NCBI GenBank assembly: GCA_038063995.1
Contig: JBBTUA010000007.1
Coordinates: 5,219-69,218 of the forward strand
Direction of reading: 5' to 3'
Source: Patescibacteria group bacterium
Lineage (GTDB): Bacteria > Patescibacteriota > Minisyncoccia > 2-02-FULL-40-12
Length of the DNA: 64,000 nucleotides
The notes below the pieces were generated by a model. That model made no database searches. It was not told the DNA's origin and was given only the letters and a program-made list of their open reading frames with translations. Positions 26,920-37,240 of the stretch are shown piece after piece (the stretch's first letter is position 1; each line of letters begins with the position of its first letter). Both the position numbers and the translations under genes were made by a program.

Positions 26920-28193
26920 ACCAAGATTTTCTTCTTCATCAATACGAGAACGGTTTGCGATTAGTAGTTGTGCCGATGAAAAGCACCAAAACGGTAACGG
27001 TTTTGGTTTTGGTCGGCACCGGCTCACGCTACGAAACCAAGGAAATAAACGGCATCTCCCATTTTTTGGAGCATATGATGTTTAAAGGCACGCAAAAGAG
27101 GCCGCAGTCCCTGGACATCAGCCAGGAGCTTGATGCAATCGGCGCTGAATACAATGCCTTTACCTCAAAAGAATACACGGGTTATTATGCTAAGGCTTCA
27201 AGCGATAATTTAAATCTAGTCACCGACGTCATTTCTGATATTTTTTTGAACTCAAAGCTTGACGGGGCCGAAATCGAAAAGGAGCGCGGCGTGATAATTG
27301 AAGAAATAAATATGTATTTAGATGATCCGCCCCGCCATGTCGGCGATTTGTTTGAAAAGCTTCTCTACGGGGACCAGCCAGTCGGATGGAACGTGGCCGG
27401 AGAAAAAGAAATCATAAAGAAATTGGCCCGCGATAATTTTGTCGATTATTTTAATTCGCATTACGTGGCTAAAGACACTATTATTGCTGTGGCCGGGAAT
27501 GTTGATAAGGAGCAAGTCAGAAACGAGCTAGTTCCGAAATTTTTCAAGGATTCAAGAGTGGGCCAAAAGCTGGATCGGCTGGCAGTTTTGGAATCGCAAG
27601 ATAAGCCCGAAGTTTTACTTGAGCATAAGAAGACTGACCAGACCCATTTTATATTAGGCGTTCGGGCTTTTGATATGTTTTCGCCTAAAAGCGAAGCGGC
27701 GCAAGTTTTATCAGTGATTCTTGGCGGCGGGATGAGCTCACGTTTATTTATCGAAATCAGGGAAAAGCACGGCCTCTCTTATTATGTAAGGTCTGGTTTT
27801 GACGCCTATACTGACCATGGCTATTTTGCCAGTTCATCGGGGGTAGATAATAACAGGGTGGAAAAAGCGGTATCCGTAATTTTGAATGAATACAGGAAAC
27901 TTAAAGATGAATCAGTATCTGAAAAAGAATTGAAAAAAGCCAAGGAATTCATAAGAGGCCGGTTGGCCATTGCCCTTGAACAATCTGACGATTTGGCCGG
28001 TTTTTACGCTAATCAGTGGCTTTTAAAAAACCAGACTTTGACACCTGAAGAGAAATTAGATAAAATAATGAAAGTCAGGGCTGAAGATATCCAAGAAGTT
28101 GCAAGCGAAATCTTCCGTCCGGAAAAACTTAACCTTGCCTTGATCGGGCCGTTTGAAGATAAAGATAAATTCGAGAAACTTTTAGAAGTTTAA
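26916..28193 (+). CDS. M16 family zinc peptidase
   Basis: HFLEHMMFKGT, NAFTS, GGGMSSRLF. Confidence 0.92.
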   Translation: MNQDFLLHQYENGLRLVVVPMKSTKTVTVLVLVGTGSRYETKEINGISHFLEHMMFKGTQKRPQSLDISQELDAIGAEYNAFTSKEYTGYYAKASSDNLNLVTDVISDIFLNSKLDGAEIEKERGVIIEEINMYLDDPPRHVGDLFEKLLYGDQPVGWNVAGEKEIIKKLARDNFVDYFNSHYVAKDTIIAVAGNVDKEQVRNELVPKFFKDSRVGQKLDRLAVLESQDKPEVLLEHKKTDQTHFILGVRAFDMFSPKSEAAQVLSVILGGGMSSRLFIEIREKHGLSYYVRSGFDAYTDHGYFASSSGVDNNRVEKAVSVILNEYRKLKDESVSEKELKKAKEFIRGRLAIALEQSDDLAGFYANQWLLKNQTLTPEEKLDKIMKVRAEDIQEVASEIFRPEKLNLALIGPFEDKDKFEKLLEV

Positions 28194-28203
28194 ATATTTA
28201 AAT

Positions 28204-29256
28204 ATGCCTAGCGACGAGCGCCAAATGTTTGATATTTCAACCGCCACTATTTTTAGATTCGTTTTAATCGTCTTGTTTTTTATTTTGCTTTATCAAGTGA
28301 GGCAGGTCATTTTTATTCTGCTTTTTGCCATTGTTGTCGCCTCGGCAGTCAATCCTTTTGCAAAGTGGCTTGACCGCAAAAGAATTCCCCGGATTCTCGG
28401 AATTTTAGTTTTATACCTTACGATATTTCTTCTGGCTGTTTTCATACTGACTCTGGCCATTCCATTTTTTTCGCAGGAGGTCGGAGAACTTACCGAAGAT
28501 CTTCCTAAATTTATCGCTCAAATAACCGCTTCGTTGGAAGCGATTAAAAGCGAGACCGGAAGTTTTGATATAATCAGCCAGCTTCAGGGAATTTTGGATA
28601 GTTTGTCCCAGTTTTTGCAGGAGTCAAGCCAATCCGCAGTCGGGCTGATCATAAATATTTTCGGAGGAATAATTTCTTTCGCCGGAGTCATAGTGATATC
28701 TTTTTATCTTTCGGTGATGAGAGGAGGGATTGATCATTTTCTTAAATCAGTTGTTCCGGACAAGTACGAAAAATACACTTTGGATTTGTGGCATCGTTCT
28801 GAAAGAAATCTTGGCCGTTGGTTCCAGGCCCAATTGCTTTTGTCTTTGATCGTCGGCTTGATGACTTTTGTCGCTCTGTCGATATTAGGCGTCAAGTTTG
28901 CTCTTGTTTTAGCTGGTTTGATTATGGTTTTGGAACTTGTGCCAAATGTCGGTCCGGTTTTGGCGGCTATTCCGGCTGTTGGTTTGGCTTTTTTTCAGTC
29001 TCCTTCTTTGGGTTTTTGGACGCTTGGAGTTTATATCCTTATTCAACAGGTTGAGAATCATGTTTTGACCCCTTTGATTATGGGAAAAAGTCTTGGAATA
29101 AATCCTGTAGCTGTCATAATCGCTTTGCTTGTCGGTTTCAATCTCGCCGGAATCATAGGAATGATTTTGGCCGTGCCTGTGGCCACGGTAGTTGTTGAGT
29201 GGTTTAACGATATTGCCGAGAAGAAAGAAAAAGCCAGAGCGGTCGGCGCCACTTAG
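28204..29256 (+). CDS. AI-2E family transporter
   Basis: VPNVGPVL, IQQVENHVLTPLIMG. Confidence 0.88.
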   Translation: MPSDERQMFDISTATIFRFVLIVLFFILLYQVRQVIFILLFAIVVASAVNPFAKWLDRKRIPRILGILVLYLTIFLLAVFILTLAIPFFSQEVGELTEDLPKFIAQITASLEAIKSETGSFDIISQLQGILDSLSQFLQESSQSAVGLIINIFGGIISFAGVIVISFYLSVMRGGIDHFLKSVVPDKYEKYTLDLWHRSERNLGRWFQAQLLLSLIVGLMTFVALSILGVKFALVLAGLIMVLELVPNVGPVLAAIPAVGLAFFQSPSLGFWTLGVYILIQQVENHVLTPLIMGKSLGINPVAVIIALLVGFNLAGIIGMILAVPVATVVVEWFNDIAEKKEKARAVGAT

Positions 29257-29275
29257 AACTTAAAGCAAAAATATT

Positions 29276-29947
29276 TTGGCTATTTTATATATAGTTGCCA
29301 CTCCGATCGGCAACTTAAAAGATGCAACTTTTCGCGCAATCGAAACCTTGAAAGAGGTTGATTTTATTTTGGCTGAAGACACGCGTGAAACTTTTAAACT
29401 TTTAAATTTTTATAGCATAAAGAAACCGCTTGTTTCTTATTTTCAGCATTCAAAAATAAGCAAAGTCGAATATATCTTGAATTTATTGAAGCAAGGCAAG
29501 AACTTGGCTTTAGTTTCAGATGCCGGAACGCCCGGGATAAATGATCCGGGAGGAAAGTTAATCAGCGAGGTTATTAAACGTTTTGGAGATTCGGTTCAGA
29601 TTGTTCCTGTGCCTGGGCCAAATGCCGCCATAACAGCTTTAAGCATATCCGGTTTTAATGTCGATAAATTTTTATTTCTGGGTTATCCGCCTCATAAAAA
29701 AGGCAGAAAAAAGTTTTTTGTGGAAATTGCAGAATCAAAATACCCGGTCGTATTTTACGAGTCGGTCCATCGGATCCTAAAGACTTTGAAAGAATTATCG
29801 AATTTTGAAAATCTCAAAAACAGAGATATTATCGTCTGCCGCGAATTGACCAAAAAATTCGAAACTATATACCGCGGAAAAATTTCTGAAATTCTACCTC
29901 AAATTGAGAAAGAAAATCTCGGGGAGTTTGTAGTTATTATCAGCTAG
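29276..29947 (+). CDS. rsmI: 16S rRNA C1402 2'-O-methyltransferase RsmI
   Basis: LYIVATPIGNL, AEDTR, SDAGTPGINDPG, RELTKKFE. Confidence 0.94.
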   Translation: MAILYIVATPIGNLKDATFRAIETLKEVDFILAEDTRETFKLLNFYSIKKPLVSYFQHSKISKVEYILNLLKQGKNLALVSDAGTPGINDPGGKLISEVIKRFGDSVQIVPVPGPNAAITALSISGFNVDKFLFLGYPPHKKGRKKFFVEIAESKYPVVFYESVHRILKTLKELSNFENLKNRDIIVCRELTKKFETIYRGKISEILPQIEKENLGEFVVIIS

Positions 29948-29978
29948 ATTTTTTGACATAAATTGATATTATTGGTTA

Positions 29979-31463
29979 ATGAGCAAGTTTTACATTACGA
30001 CAGCCATAGATTATACCAATGATCGGCCTCATTTAGGCCATGCTTTGGAAAAAGTTCAGGCTGATGTCTTGGCTCGGTATCATCGTTTGAGGGGCGATGA
30101 TGTTTTTTTCTTGACTGGGACAGATGAGCACGGCGCCAAGATTGTTAAAGCGGCTAAGTTAGCCGGCAAAGAACCAAAAGAGTTTGTTGATGAAATTTCA
30201 GAGTATTTCAAAAATTTATTGAAAGAGTTGAATATCTCAAATGACGATTTTATTAGAACAACAGATCAGAAAAGGCACTGGCCGGCAGTCCAGAAATTTT
30301 GGAAAAAACTAAAAGACAACGGTGATTTATATAAGGCAAAATACGAAGGCCTTTACTGTATCGGGCACGAGGCTTTTATAAAAAAAAGCGAATTAAAGAA
30401 CGGTCTTTGCCCAGACCATCAAATTGAGCCGGAAAAAATCAAAGAGGAGAACTATTTTTTTAAGCTTTCTAAATATAAAGATAAAATTAGAGATTTGATT
30501 TCGGAAGATAAAATAAAAATCCAGCCGCAATTTAGAAAAGACGAAGTTTTAAATCTGCTTAAAGAGTCGGAAGACGTTAGTTTTTCTAGGCCGAGAAAAG
30601 ACTTGGAATGGGGCATTCCTGTTCCGGATGATTCGGAACACACCATTTATGTCTGGACAGAAGCTCTCCAAAATTATATCTCCGCCATAAATTACGGCGA
30701 GGAATCGTTTCAGTTAAAAGATCTATGGCCGGCCGATATTCATTTGATTGGAAAAGATATTTTGCGTTTTCACGCCATTATCTGGCCGGCGATGCTGCTA
30801 GCAGCCGGACTAGAAACACCGAAGTCAATTTATGTACACGGGTTCATTACTATTGATGGTCAGAAAATGTCAAAAACAATCGGTAATGTGATTGACCCGT
30901 TTCAATTGGTTAAAAGATACGGAGTTGATCCAGTTCGATATTATTTATTGCGGGAGATTCCATCTTATGAAGACGGCGATTTTTCAATTCAAAAATTTGA
31001 GGCACGCTATAATGCCGATTTGGCAAATAATTTAGGCAATCTGGTGTCGCGGGTGGTCGCATTGATCGAAAAATCTTTTAACAGCAGTTTTGCTTATCAC
31101 CGGAAATTCGTGTCCAAAGAGATCGATGATAAAGTTATCGAAACATGGAAAAAATATAATCAGAACATAAGCGAATTCAAGCTTCATATCGCTCTGGAAA
31201 GTATTTTTTCTCTGATTGATTTTGCAAATTCGTATGTTGACGAACATAAGCCTTGGTCTTTGGCTGATAATCCGGAACATCTAAATGAAGTAATAACTAA
31301 TTTAATTGTGATACTATTGAATATCGCTTGGCTTTTGAAGCCGTTTCTACCGCAGACAAGCGACAGGATTTTTGAAATTATCGGAGCAGATAAAGAAGGC
31401 AAATCTTGGGAAGAGAAGCCGTTTGTGGTGAAGCCCAAGATTTTATTTCCGAAAATCCAATGA
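29979..31463 (+). CDS. metG: methionine--tRNA ligase
   Basis: YITTAIDY..PHLGH, GTDEHG, GKDILRFH, KMSKT. Confidence 0.95.
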   Translation: MSKFYITTAIDYTNDRPHLGHALEKVQADVLARYHRLRGDDVFFLTGTDEHGAKIVKAAKLAGKEPKEFVDEISEYFKNLLKELNISNDDFIRTTDQKRHWPAVQKFWKKLKDNGDLYKAKYEGLYCIGHEAFIKKSELKNGLCPDHQIEPEKIKEENYFFKLSKYKDKIRDLISEDKIKIQPQFRKDEVLNLLKESEDVSFSRPRKDLEWGIPVPDDSEHTIYVWTEALQNYISAINYGEESFQLKDLWPADIHLIGKDILRFHAIIWPAMLLAAGLETPKSIYVHGFITIDGQKMSKTIGNVIDPFQLVKRYGVDPVRYYLLREIPSYEDGDFSIQKFEARYNADLANNLGNLVSRVVALIEKSFNSSFAYHRKFVSKEIDDKVIETWKKYNQNISEFKLHIALESIFSLIDFANSYVDEHKPWSLADNPEHLNEVITNLIVILLNIAWLLKPFLPQTSDRIFEIIGADKEGKSWEEKPFVVKPKILFPKIQ

Positions 31464-33772
31464 TTAAATACAATCCGCAAAAAATCGAAAAAAAGTGGCA
31501 GAAGGAGTGGGAAAAGAAGAAGCTTTATCAAGCAAAAGATAAAGTTAAAGGCAAAAAGAACTTTTATCATTTAACAATGTTTCCTTATCCTTCCGGTGAT
31601 CTTCATATGGGCCATTGGTACAATTATGCGCCTTCAGATGTATATGCTCGCTTCAAACGGATGCAAGGTCTGAATGTGATGTCGCCTATCGGCTTTGACG
31701 CATTTGGTCTACCCGCCGAAAACGCAGCCATAAACAGGAATCTTGATCCGAAAATTTGGACTTACAGCAATATAAAGTCAATGAAGAAACAGCTTGATTC
31801 AATCGGCGTTTCTTTTGATTGGTCTCGAGAGGTGATTACCGCCGAGCCCGATTATTACAAATGGACCCAATGGATTTTTTTGAAACTATACGAAGTCGGT
31901 TTGGCGAAAAAAGAAAAAGTTTTAGCTAATTGGTGCCCGCACTGCAAGACTATTTTGGCTAACGAGCAGGTTCAGGACGGCCGCTGCGAAAGATGCGATA
32001 CTGTTGTGGAACAAAAACTGCTTGAGCAGTGGTTTTTTAAAATTACTGATTATGCTCAAAAACTTTTGGACGGCCTTGAAAAAATCGATTGGCCGGAAAC
32101 TACTAAAATTTTGCAAAGAAATTGGATTGGCCGGTCTGAAGGGGCGCAGATAGAATTTAGAATTGAGAATTCAGAATATAGAATTAAGGTTTTTACTACA
32201 AGGCCTGACACGATATTCGGGGCAACTTTTATGGTTTTGGCGCCTGAACACGAGTTGGTTAAAAAAATTACCAAAGATGCCCAATTGGGTCAGGTGAATA
32301 ATTACTTAGAGAAAACGAAAAAGAAAACAGAATTGGAGCGGATAGCTGAAGTCAAAGAAAAGACCGGAGTTTTTACCGGCGCCTACGCTTTTAATCCCGC
32401 AACCAAAGAAAAGATACCGATTTGGATTTCTGATTTTGTTTTGCCTCATTACGGAACAGGCGCGATTATGGCGGTTCCAGCTTACGATGAGAGAGATTTG
32501 GAATTTGCCGAAAAATTCGGCCTGCCAGTAAGAAAAATTGATCTGGACGATAAAATTCTAAGCGAACTTGAAAAAAGGGGATTAGCTGAAAGAAAGACAA
32601 GTTATCGGCTTCATGATTGGATAATCAGTCGCCAGCGCTACTGGGGAGCGCCGATTCCGATGATTTATTGCCAGAAGTGCGGAATTATACCTGTCCGGGA
32701 AAAGGATTTGCCGGTTTTGTTGCCCAAAATTAAGGATTATAAGCCGTCCGGCACCGGCGAGTCGCCATTAGCCGAAGTAAAGGACTGGGTCAATGTAAAA
32801 TGCTGGAAATGCTCCGGGCCGGCCCGCCGCGAAACCGATACGATGGATACATTTGTTGATTCGGCCTGGTATTTTTTGCGCTACGCCGACCCCAAAAATA
32901 AAAAAGAGTTTGTTTCAAAAGAAAAATTAAAGGACTGGCTTCCGGTAGATATTTATATTGGCGGTCAGGAACATGCGACCAAACATTTGCTTTACGCCAG
33001 ATTCATAACCAAAGTTTTGTACAACTATGGTTATTTAAATTTTAACGAGCCATTCGTAAAAATGAGGCACCAAGGATTAATTTTGGGTCCTGATGGCAAT
33101 AAAATGTCCAAATCAAGAGGCAATGTGATTGACCCAGACGAAATAGTTAAGAAATTCGGCTCTGATTCGGTGCGTATGTATCTTTGTTTTATGGGCCCTT
33201 ATGAAAACGGCGGGCTTTGGGATCCGAAAGCTATTGTCGGGGTATTCAGATTTCTAAATAGAGTTTGGAATCTGATAAATTCCAAATTTCAAAATTTCAA
33301 AACCCAAAATAAAGAATTGGATAAAATTTTCAATAAAGCGATGAAAAAAATCGGGGAAGATATTGAAAATTTAAGATTCAATACGGCGGTCAGCGAATTG
33401 ATGAAGCTATTAAATGAAATAGAAAACAAAGAGCTGGCCAAAGATCAAATTAAAATATTTTTGAAATTGCTGGCGCCGTTCGCACCTCATCTGACCGAAG
33501 AGCTTTGGCGGGAAGTTCTGAAAAACAAAAAATCAATCCATCTGGAAAAATGGCCTGAATACGATTCGAAATTGATTGAAGAAGAAACGATTTATTTGAT
33601 CGTTCAGATCAACGGCCGGACTCGCGATATTATAAAAGTTCCCCGAGATTTGAATGAATCTCGCGTCCGCGAGCTTGCTCTTTCTTCGGAAAAAATAAAA
33701 AAATATACAGCCGGAAAAGAAATCATCAAATTCATCTATATTTCCAATAAATTGGCTAATATAGTCCTTTAG
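31460..33772 (+). CDS. leuS: leucine--tRNA ligase
   Basis: MFPYPSGDLHMGH, RETDTMDTF, KMSKS; likely start ATG 31460. Confidence 0.95.
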   Translation: MIKYNPQKIEKKWQKEWEKKKLYQAKDKVKGKKNFYHLTMFPYPSGDLHMGHWYNYAPSDVYARFKRMQGLNVMSPIGFDAFGLPAENAAINRNLDPKIWTYSNIKSMKKQLDSIGVSFDWSREVITAEPDYYKWTQWIFLKLYEVGLAKKEKVLANWCPHCKTILANEQVQDGRCERCDTVVEQKLLEQWFFKITDYAQKLLDGLEKIDWPETTKILQRNWIGRSEGAQIEFRIENSEYRIKVFTTRPDTIFGATFMVLAPEHELVKKITKDAQLGQVNNYLEKTKKKTELERIAEVKEKTGVFTGAYAFNPATKEKIPIWISDFVLPHYGTGAIMAVPAYDERDLEFAEKFGLPVRKIDLDDKILSELEKRGLAERKTSYRLHDWIISRQRYWGAPIPMIYCQKCGIIPVREKDLPVLLPKIKDYKPSGTGESPLAEVKDWVNVKCWKCSGPARRETDTMDTFVDSAWYFLRYADPKNKKEFVSKEKLKDWLPVDIYIGGQEHATKHLLYARFITKVLYNYGYLNFNEPFVKMRHQGLILGPDGNKMSKSRGNVIDPDEIVKKFGSDSVRMYLCFMGPYENGGLWDPKAIVGVFRFLNRVWNLINSKFQNFKTQNKELDKIFNKAMKKIGEDIENLRFNTAVSELMKLLNEIENKELAKDQIKIFLKLLAPFAPHLTEELWREVLKNKKSIHLEKWPEYDSKLIEEETIYLIVQINGRTRDIIKVPRDLNESRVRELALSSEKIKKYTAGKEIIKFIYISNKLANIVL

Positions 33773-33787
33773 TTATTCTCGTAAGGG

Positions 33788-34426
33788 ATGAAAGTAATAG
33801 AAGTTGATCTAAAAAATGATTTCTCAAAAGCGCTGGATGAAACATTCGCTGTTTTGAAATTAGGCGGAGTGATTGTCTATCCGACCGATACTTTATATGG
33901 CCTTGGCACAAACGCGTTGGAGGCCGGGCCGGTTGAGCGGATTTTTAAGATAAAAGCCAGAGCCAAAGACAAGCCTTTGCCGATAATAGTTAAAAATCTT
34001 AACTGGGCCAAAGAGCTCGCCTATATTTATGAGAAGGAGGAAAAAATCTTGAAATCGGTCTGGCCCGGTCCCATTACAGTGATTCTTCCTAAAAAAAATA
34101 TAGTTCCAAGCGCAGTGACCGCCGGTAAAAGCGGAGTGGCTTTAAGAATTTCAAAAAATCATTTTGTAGATAAACTTTTGGGCCGTTTTGGATATCCGTT
34201 AACCGCGACTTCGGCCAATATTTCAGGCGAAGAGCCATCAATGAAAATTTCAGAAATAGTAGAAGTCTTTAAAAATGTTCATAATAAGCCTGACTTGATA
34301 ATTGATGCGGGCGATCTGCCTCAATCCGAGCCGTCGACCGTACTTGACCTTACCAGCGATAAGCCTAAGATATTGCGAGTCGGGCCGGTAAAGCCGGAAA
34401 CCCTAAGGAAGATTTTAGAAATATGA
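33788..34426 (+). CDS. tsaC: L-threonylcarbamoyladenylate synthase (Sua5/TsaC)
   Basis: YPTDTLYGL, KARAKDKPL, TSANISG. Confidence 0.92.
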   Translation: MKVIEVDLKNDFSKALDETFAVLKLGGVIVYPTDTLYGLGTNALEAGPVERIFKIKARAKDKPLPIIVKNLNWAKELAYIYEKEEKILKSVWPGPITVILPKKNIVPSAVTAGKSGVALRISKNHFVDKLLGRFGYPLTATSANISGEEPSMKISEIVEVFKNVHNKPDLIIDAGDLPQSEPSTVLDLTSDKPKILRVGPVKPETLRKILEI

Positions 34427-35559
34427 TAAAAGATTTGGTAAAAAAAGAGCTTAGCCGCCAGAAAAAAGTAATCAACTTAATTCCTAGCGAAAACTATCCT
34501 TCTAATGATGTTTTGGCTGTTTTGGGTTCGCAATTGACATCAAAATACGCTGAAGGCTATCCGGGAAAAAGATATTATCCGGGGAACGAGATAAATGATC
34601 GGATTGAACTGGAAGTTCAAAGTCTGGCCAAAAAAGTTTTTGGTTTATCCAAAAGTTGGCAGGTGAATGTCCAGCCGTATTCAGGGACCCCGGCCAATAT
34701 CGCCGTTTATCTCGCTTTGCTGAACCCCGGAGATGTTTTAATGGGAATGCGTTTGAACGAAGGCGGGCATTTAAGCCACGGTCATAAAGTAAATTTTTCA
34801 GGGATGTTCTATAAAGTTATCCCATATGGGTTAGATAAAAATGGATTTATTGATTATGGCCAAGTCGAAGAATTGGCAAAAAAACATAGTCCCCAAATTA
34901 TTGTTTCCGGAACCACTGCCTACGCCAGAAAAATAGATTTTAAAAAATTCGGCCAGATTGCCAAATCAGTCGGCGCTTATCATCTGGCAGACATCTCGCA
35001 TATTGCCGGTCTGGTTGCGGCAAAAATTCATCAGCCGCCGTTCCCTTACGCCGATGTTATTACAACAACAACACATAAAACTTTGCGCGGCCCCCGGGGT
35101 GCGATGATTTTTTCAAAATCAAAAGAAGTCGCCGAAAAAATTGATAGAGCTATTTTCCCCGGCATCCAGGGCGGCCCTCATTTAAATACAATTGCGGCGA
35201 TTGGAGTTGCTTTTGAGGAAGCTTTAAAACCAGATTACAAAAATTACATCAAACAAGTCGTTAAAAACGCGCAAGTTCTGGCTGAAGAACTAAAAAAACA
35301 GGGTTTTAATCTTGTTTCCGGCGGAACCGATAATCATCTTATTCTGATTGATTTGAAAAACAAGGGAATTTCCGGAATGGAGGCTCAAGATCGACTTGAG
35401 AAAGCTGGGATAATTGCCAATAGAAACACGGTGCCTGGCGATCAGTCTGCTTTTAATCCAAGCGGTCTGCGTCTTGGCACTCCGGCTGAGACCACCCGCG
35501 GCGCCAAAGAAAAAGATATGATGAAAATAGCCCAAAAAATAGCAGATGTTTTAAAATAA
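34423..35559 (+). CDS. glyA: serine hydroxymethyltransferase
   Basis: LIPSENY, YAEGYPGKRYY, TTTHKTLRGPRG. Confidence 0.95.
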   Translation: MIKDLVKKELSRQKKVINLIPSENYPSNDVLAVLGSQLTSKYAEGYPGKRYYPGNEINDRIELEVQSLAKKVFGLSKSWQVNVQPYSGTPANIAVYLALLNPGDVLMGMRLNEGGHLSHGHKVNFSGMFYKVIPYGLDKNGFIDYGQVEELAKKHSPQIIVSGTTAYARKIDFKKFGQIAKSVGAYHLADISHIAGLVAAKIHQPPFPYADVITTTTHKTLRGPRGAMIFSKSKEVAEKIDRAIFPGIQGGPHLNTIAAIGVAFEEALKPDYKNYIKQVVKNAQVLAEELKKQGFNLVSGGTDNHLILIDLKNKGISGMEAQDRLEKAGIIANRNTVPGDQSAFNPSGLRLGTPAETTRGAKEKDMMKIAQKIADVLK

Positions 35560-35632
35560 AAAACTTCTCATCAAATAGTCTTTATGCTATAAGACTTTCA
35601 GCAACTTATTTTTTTTTCAAAGGAGACGGAGA

Positions 35633-37105
35633 ATGAAAACAGAGTCGGTTCTCGTTAACAACAGAATTCATTTAAAACGGCTTGAGCTGCTTGATCTTCG
35701 ACGGACCGGATCCATCGGCGACATCGTAAGTGCCTTCGAAAAATGCGCGTTCACCGCCGCGATGGTTGGTGAAACAGCAAAGACTTGGTCTTCTTGGTTG
35801 AAGGCAAGAGCTCTCCCAGTGGCAGTTTATGACGGCAAGACCGACAATCGCATCTTCTCTCTTCTAAAGACAATGAAGAATGAAGGTTTGATTGAGGAAG
35901 TCGTGTCGCCGGCGTACTTTGTGGGCTGGAAGAAAAAGACCAAGACCGCGGTTGTGATCGGCACTTTTTCCGAACGCCACGCCGACGCTTTGTACGCTAA
36001 CCTTGAGCGGGCAATCTACATAAATCCTTATGGAATTGCGCCGCCGGGGCTGGTTCGCGACGGATATTACCCCGATGTAATTTTCGCCGATCCCTATTTT
36101 TCTCTTTCGCTTCTTGCCGCGGCCTTAGGGGAATGGCAGGGCGGAAAGGCTGTCGGGGGATGGGAATTTCTTGAGACACTTGATGATCACGAGGGTCTTG
36201 CCGGAGAAGTGAAAGAGGCGGCCAAGATCCTGGAACTGATGGTCAAGGATCCTGACTGCACTGTCCTTCTCACCGTATCCGGGGCAATGACTCCTGCCCA
36301 GATGTCACTTGTTATTTGCGATATGATTGATTTGGGAATGGTTGACGCGGTGCTTACAACGGGCGCGGCTATGGCTCACGGCCTTGTGCCGAGCATTGGC
36401 CTTTGCCATTACAAGTATGATCCAAGAATGGACGATGTCATCTTGAGCAAGCATCGTTTGAATCGGATCACCACTCTTATTGAGCCCGAGACAAACTTTG
36501 ACGCAGTGGAAGAAGTCGTGGATACGGTTTTTCAGACGATGTCCGGAGACGGGCCGAAGAGCTCGATTGAAGTTCACCGTCGAATCGGTGAATACCTTTC
36601 GCGTCAGCATCCAGATGAACGGGGCATTCTCAAATCAGCGTTTGAGAAGGGGATTCCTGTTTGTTCTCCGGCCTTTCAGGATTCAGAGGTCGGGAATGAC
36701 AAGCTGATCCACAACCTCAAACGGAAAGGCGTTTCTCGGGAGCGGATTTTGGTGGATCAGGAGCTTGACACTCTTGAGTTGATTGAGCTGATTCAGCGAA
36801 AACCCCGTATGGCGATTTTTCACGTTGGAGGCGGGACTCCGGGCAATCATGCCCGCAATCTGGCGCCGTTGATTGAAATTGTCATTGAACGTTTGGGGGC
36901 TGATTGTCCGTGGGAAATTCGGAAGATCCGATACGGGGTGAAAATCGCGCCGGACCAAAACTGGCTCGGCAGTTACGGCGGCTGCACTTGGAATGAAGCA
37001 AAATCATGGCGCAAAGCCGAACTGAACGGCCGTTTCGCAGATGTTCACGCTGACGCCACTCTTGTCTGGCCGATTATCGTAAAAGCGGTAATGGAAAAAC
37101 TCTGA
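35633..37105 (+). CDS. deoxyhypusine synthase-like protein with N-terminal extension
   Basis: LTVSGAMTPA, TTGA..AH, GGGTP, GGCTWNEAKSWRK, ADATLVWP. Confidence 0.8.
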   Translation: MKTESVLVNNRIHLKRLELLDLRRTGSIGDIVSAFEKCAFTAAMVGETAKTWSSWLKARALPVAVYDGKTDNRIFSLLKTMKNEGLIEEVVSPAYFVGWKKKTKTAVVIGTFSERHADALYANLERAIYINPYGIAPPGLVRDGYYPDVIFADPYFSLSLLAAALGEWQGGKAVGGWEFLETLDDHEGLAGEVKEAAKILELMVKDPDCTVLLTVSGAMTPAQMSLVICDMIDLGMVDAVLTTGAAMAHGLVPSIGLCHYKYDPRMDDVILSKHRLNRITTLIEPETNFDAVEEVVDTVFQTMSGDGPKSSIEVHRRIGEYLSRQHPDERGILKSAFEKGIPVCSPAFQDSEVGNDKLIHNLKRKGVSRERILVDQELDTLELIELIQRKPRMAIFHVGGGTPGNHARNLAPLIEIVIERLGADCPWEIRKIRYGVKIAPDQNWLGSYGGCTWNEAKSWRKAELNGRFADVHADATLVWPIIVKAVMEKL

Positions 37106-37133
37106 TTAAGGAGGTGAATGAAAAGTTGTTGTC

Positions 37134-37163
37134 TTGACAAAAGGCACAACTTTGATATATAAT
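37134..37163 (+). promoter_or_regulatory. sigma70 promoter of DGR1 target
   Basis: TTGACA-18 nt-TATAAT. Confidence 0.7.
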
Positions 37164-37240
37164 ATAAATATACTCAAAAGCCCTGAAATACGGGCTTTCA
37201 GAAAGCAATTCCGCTCTTTGAAAAAAATGGAGAACTGACC

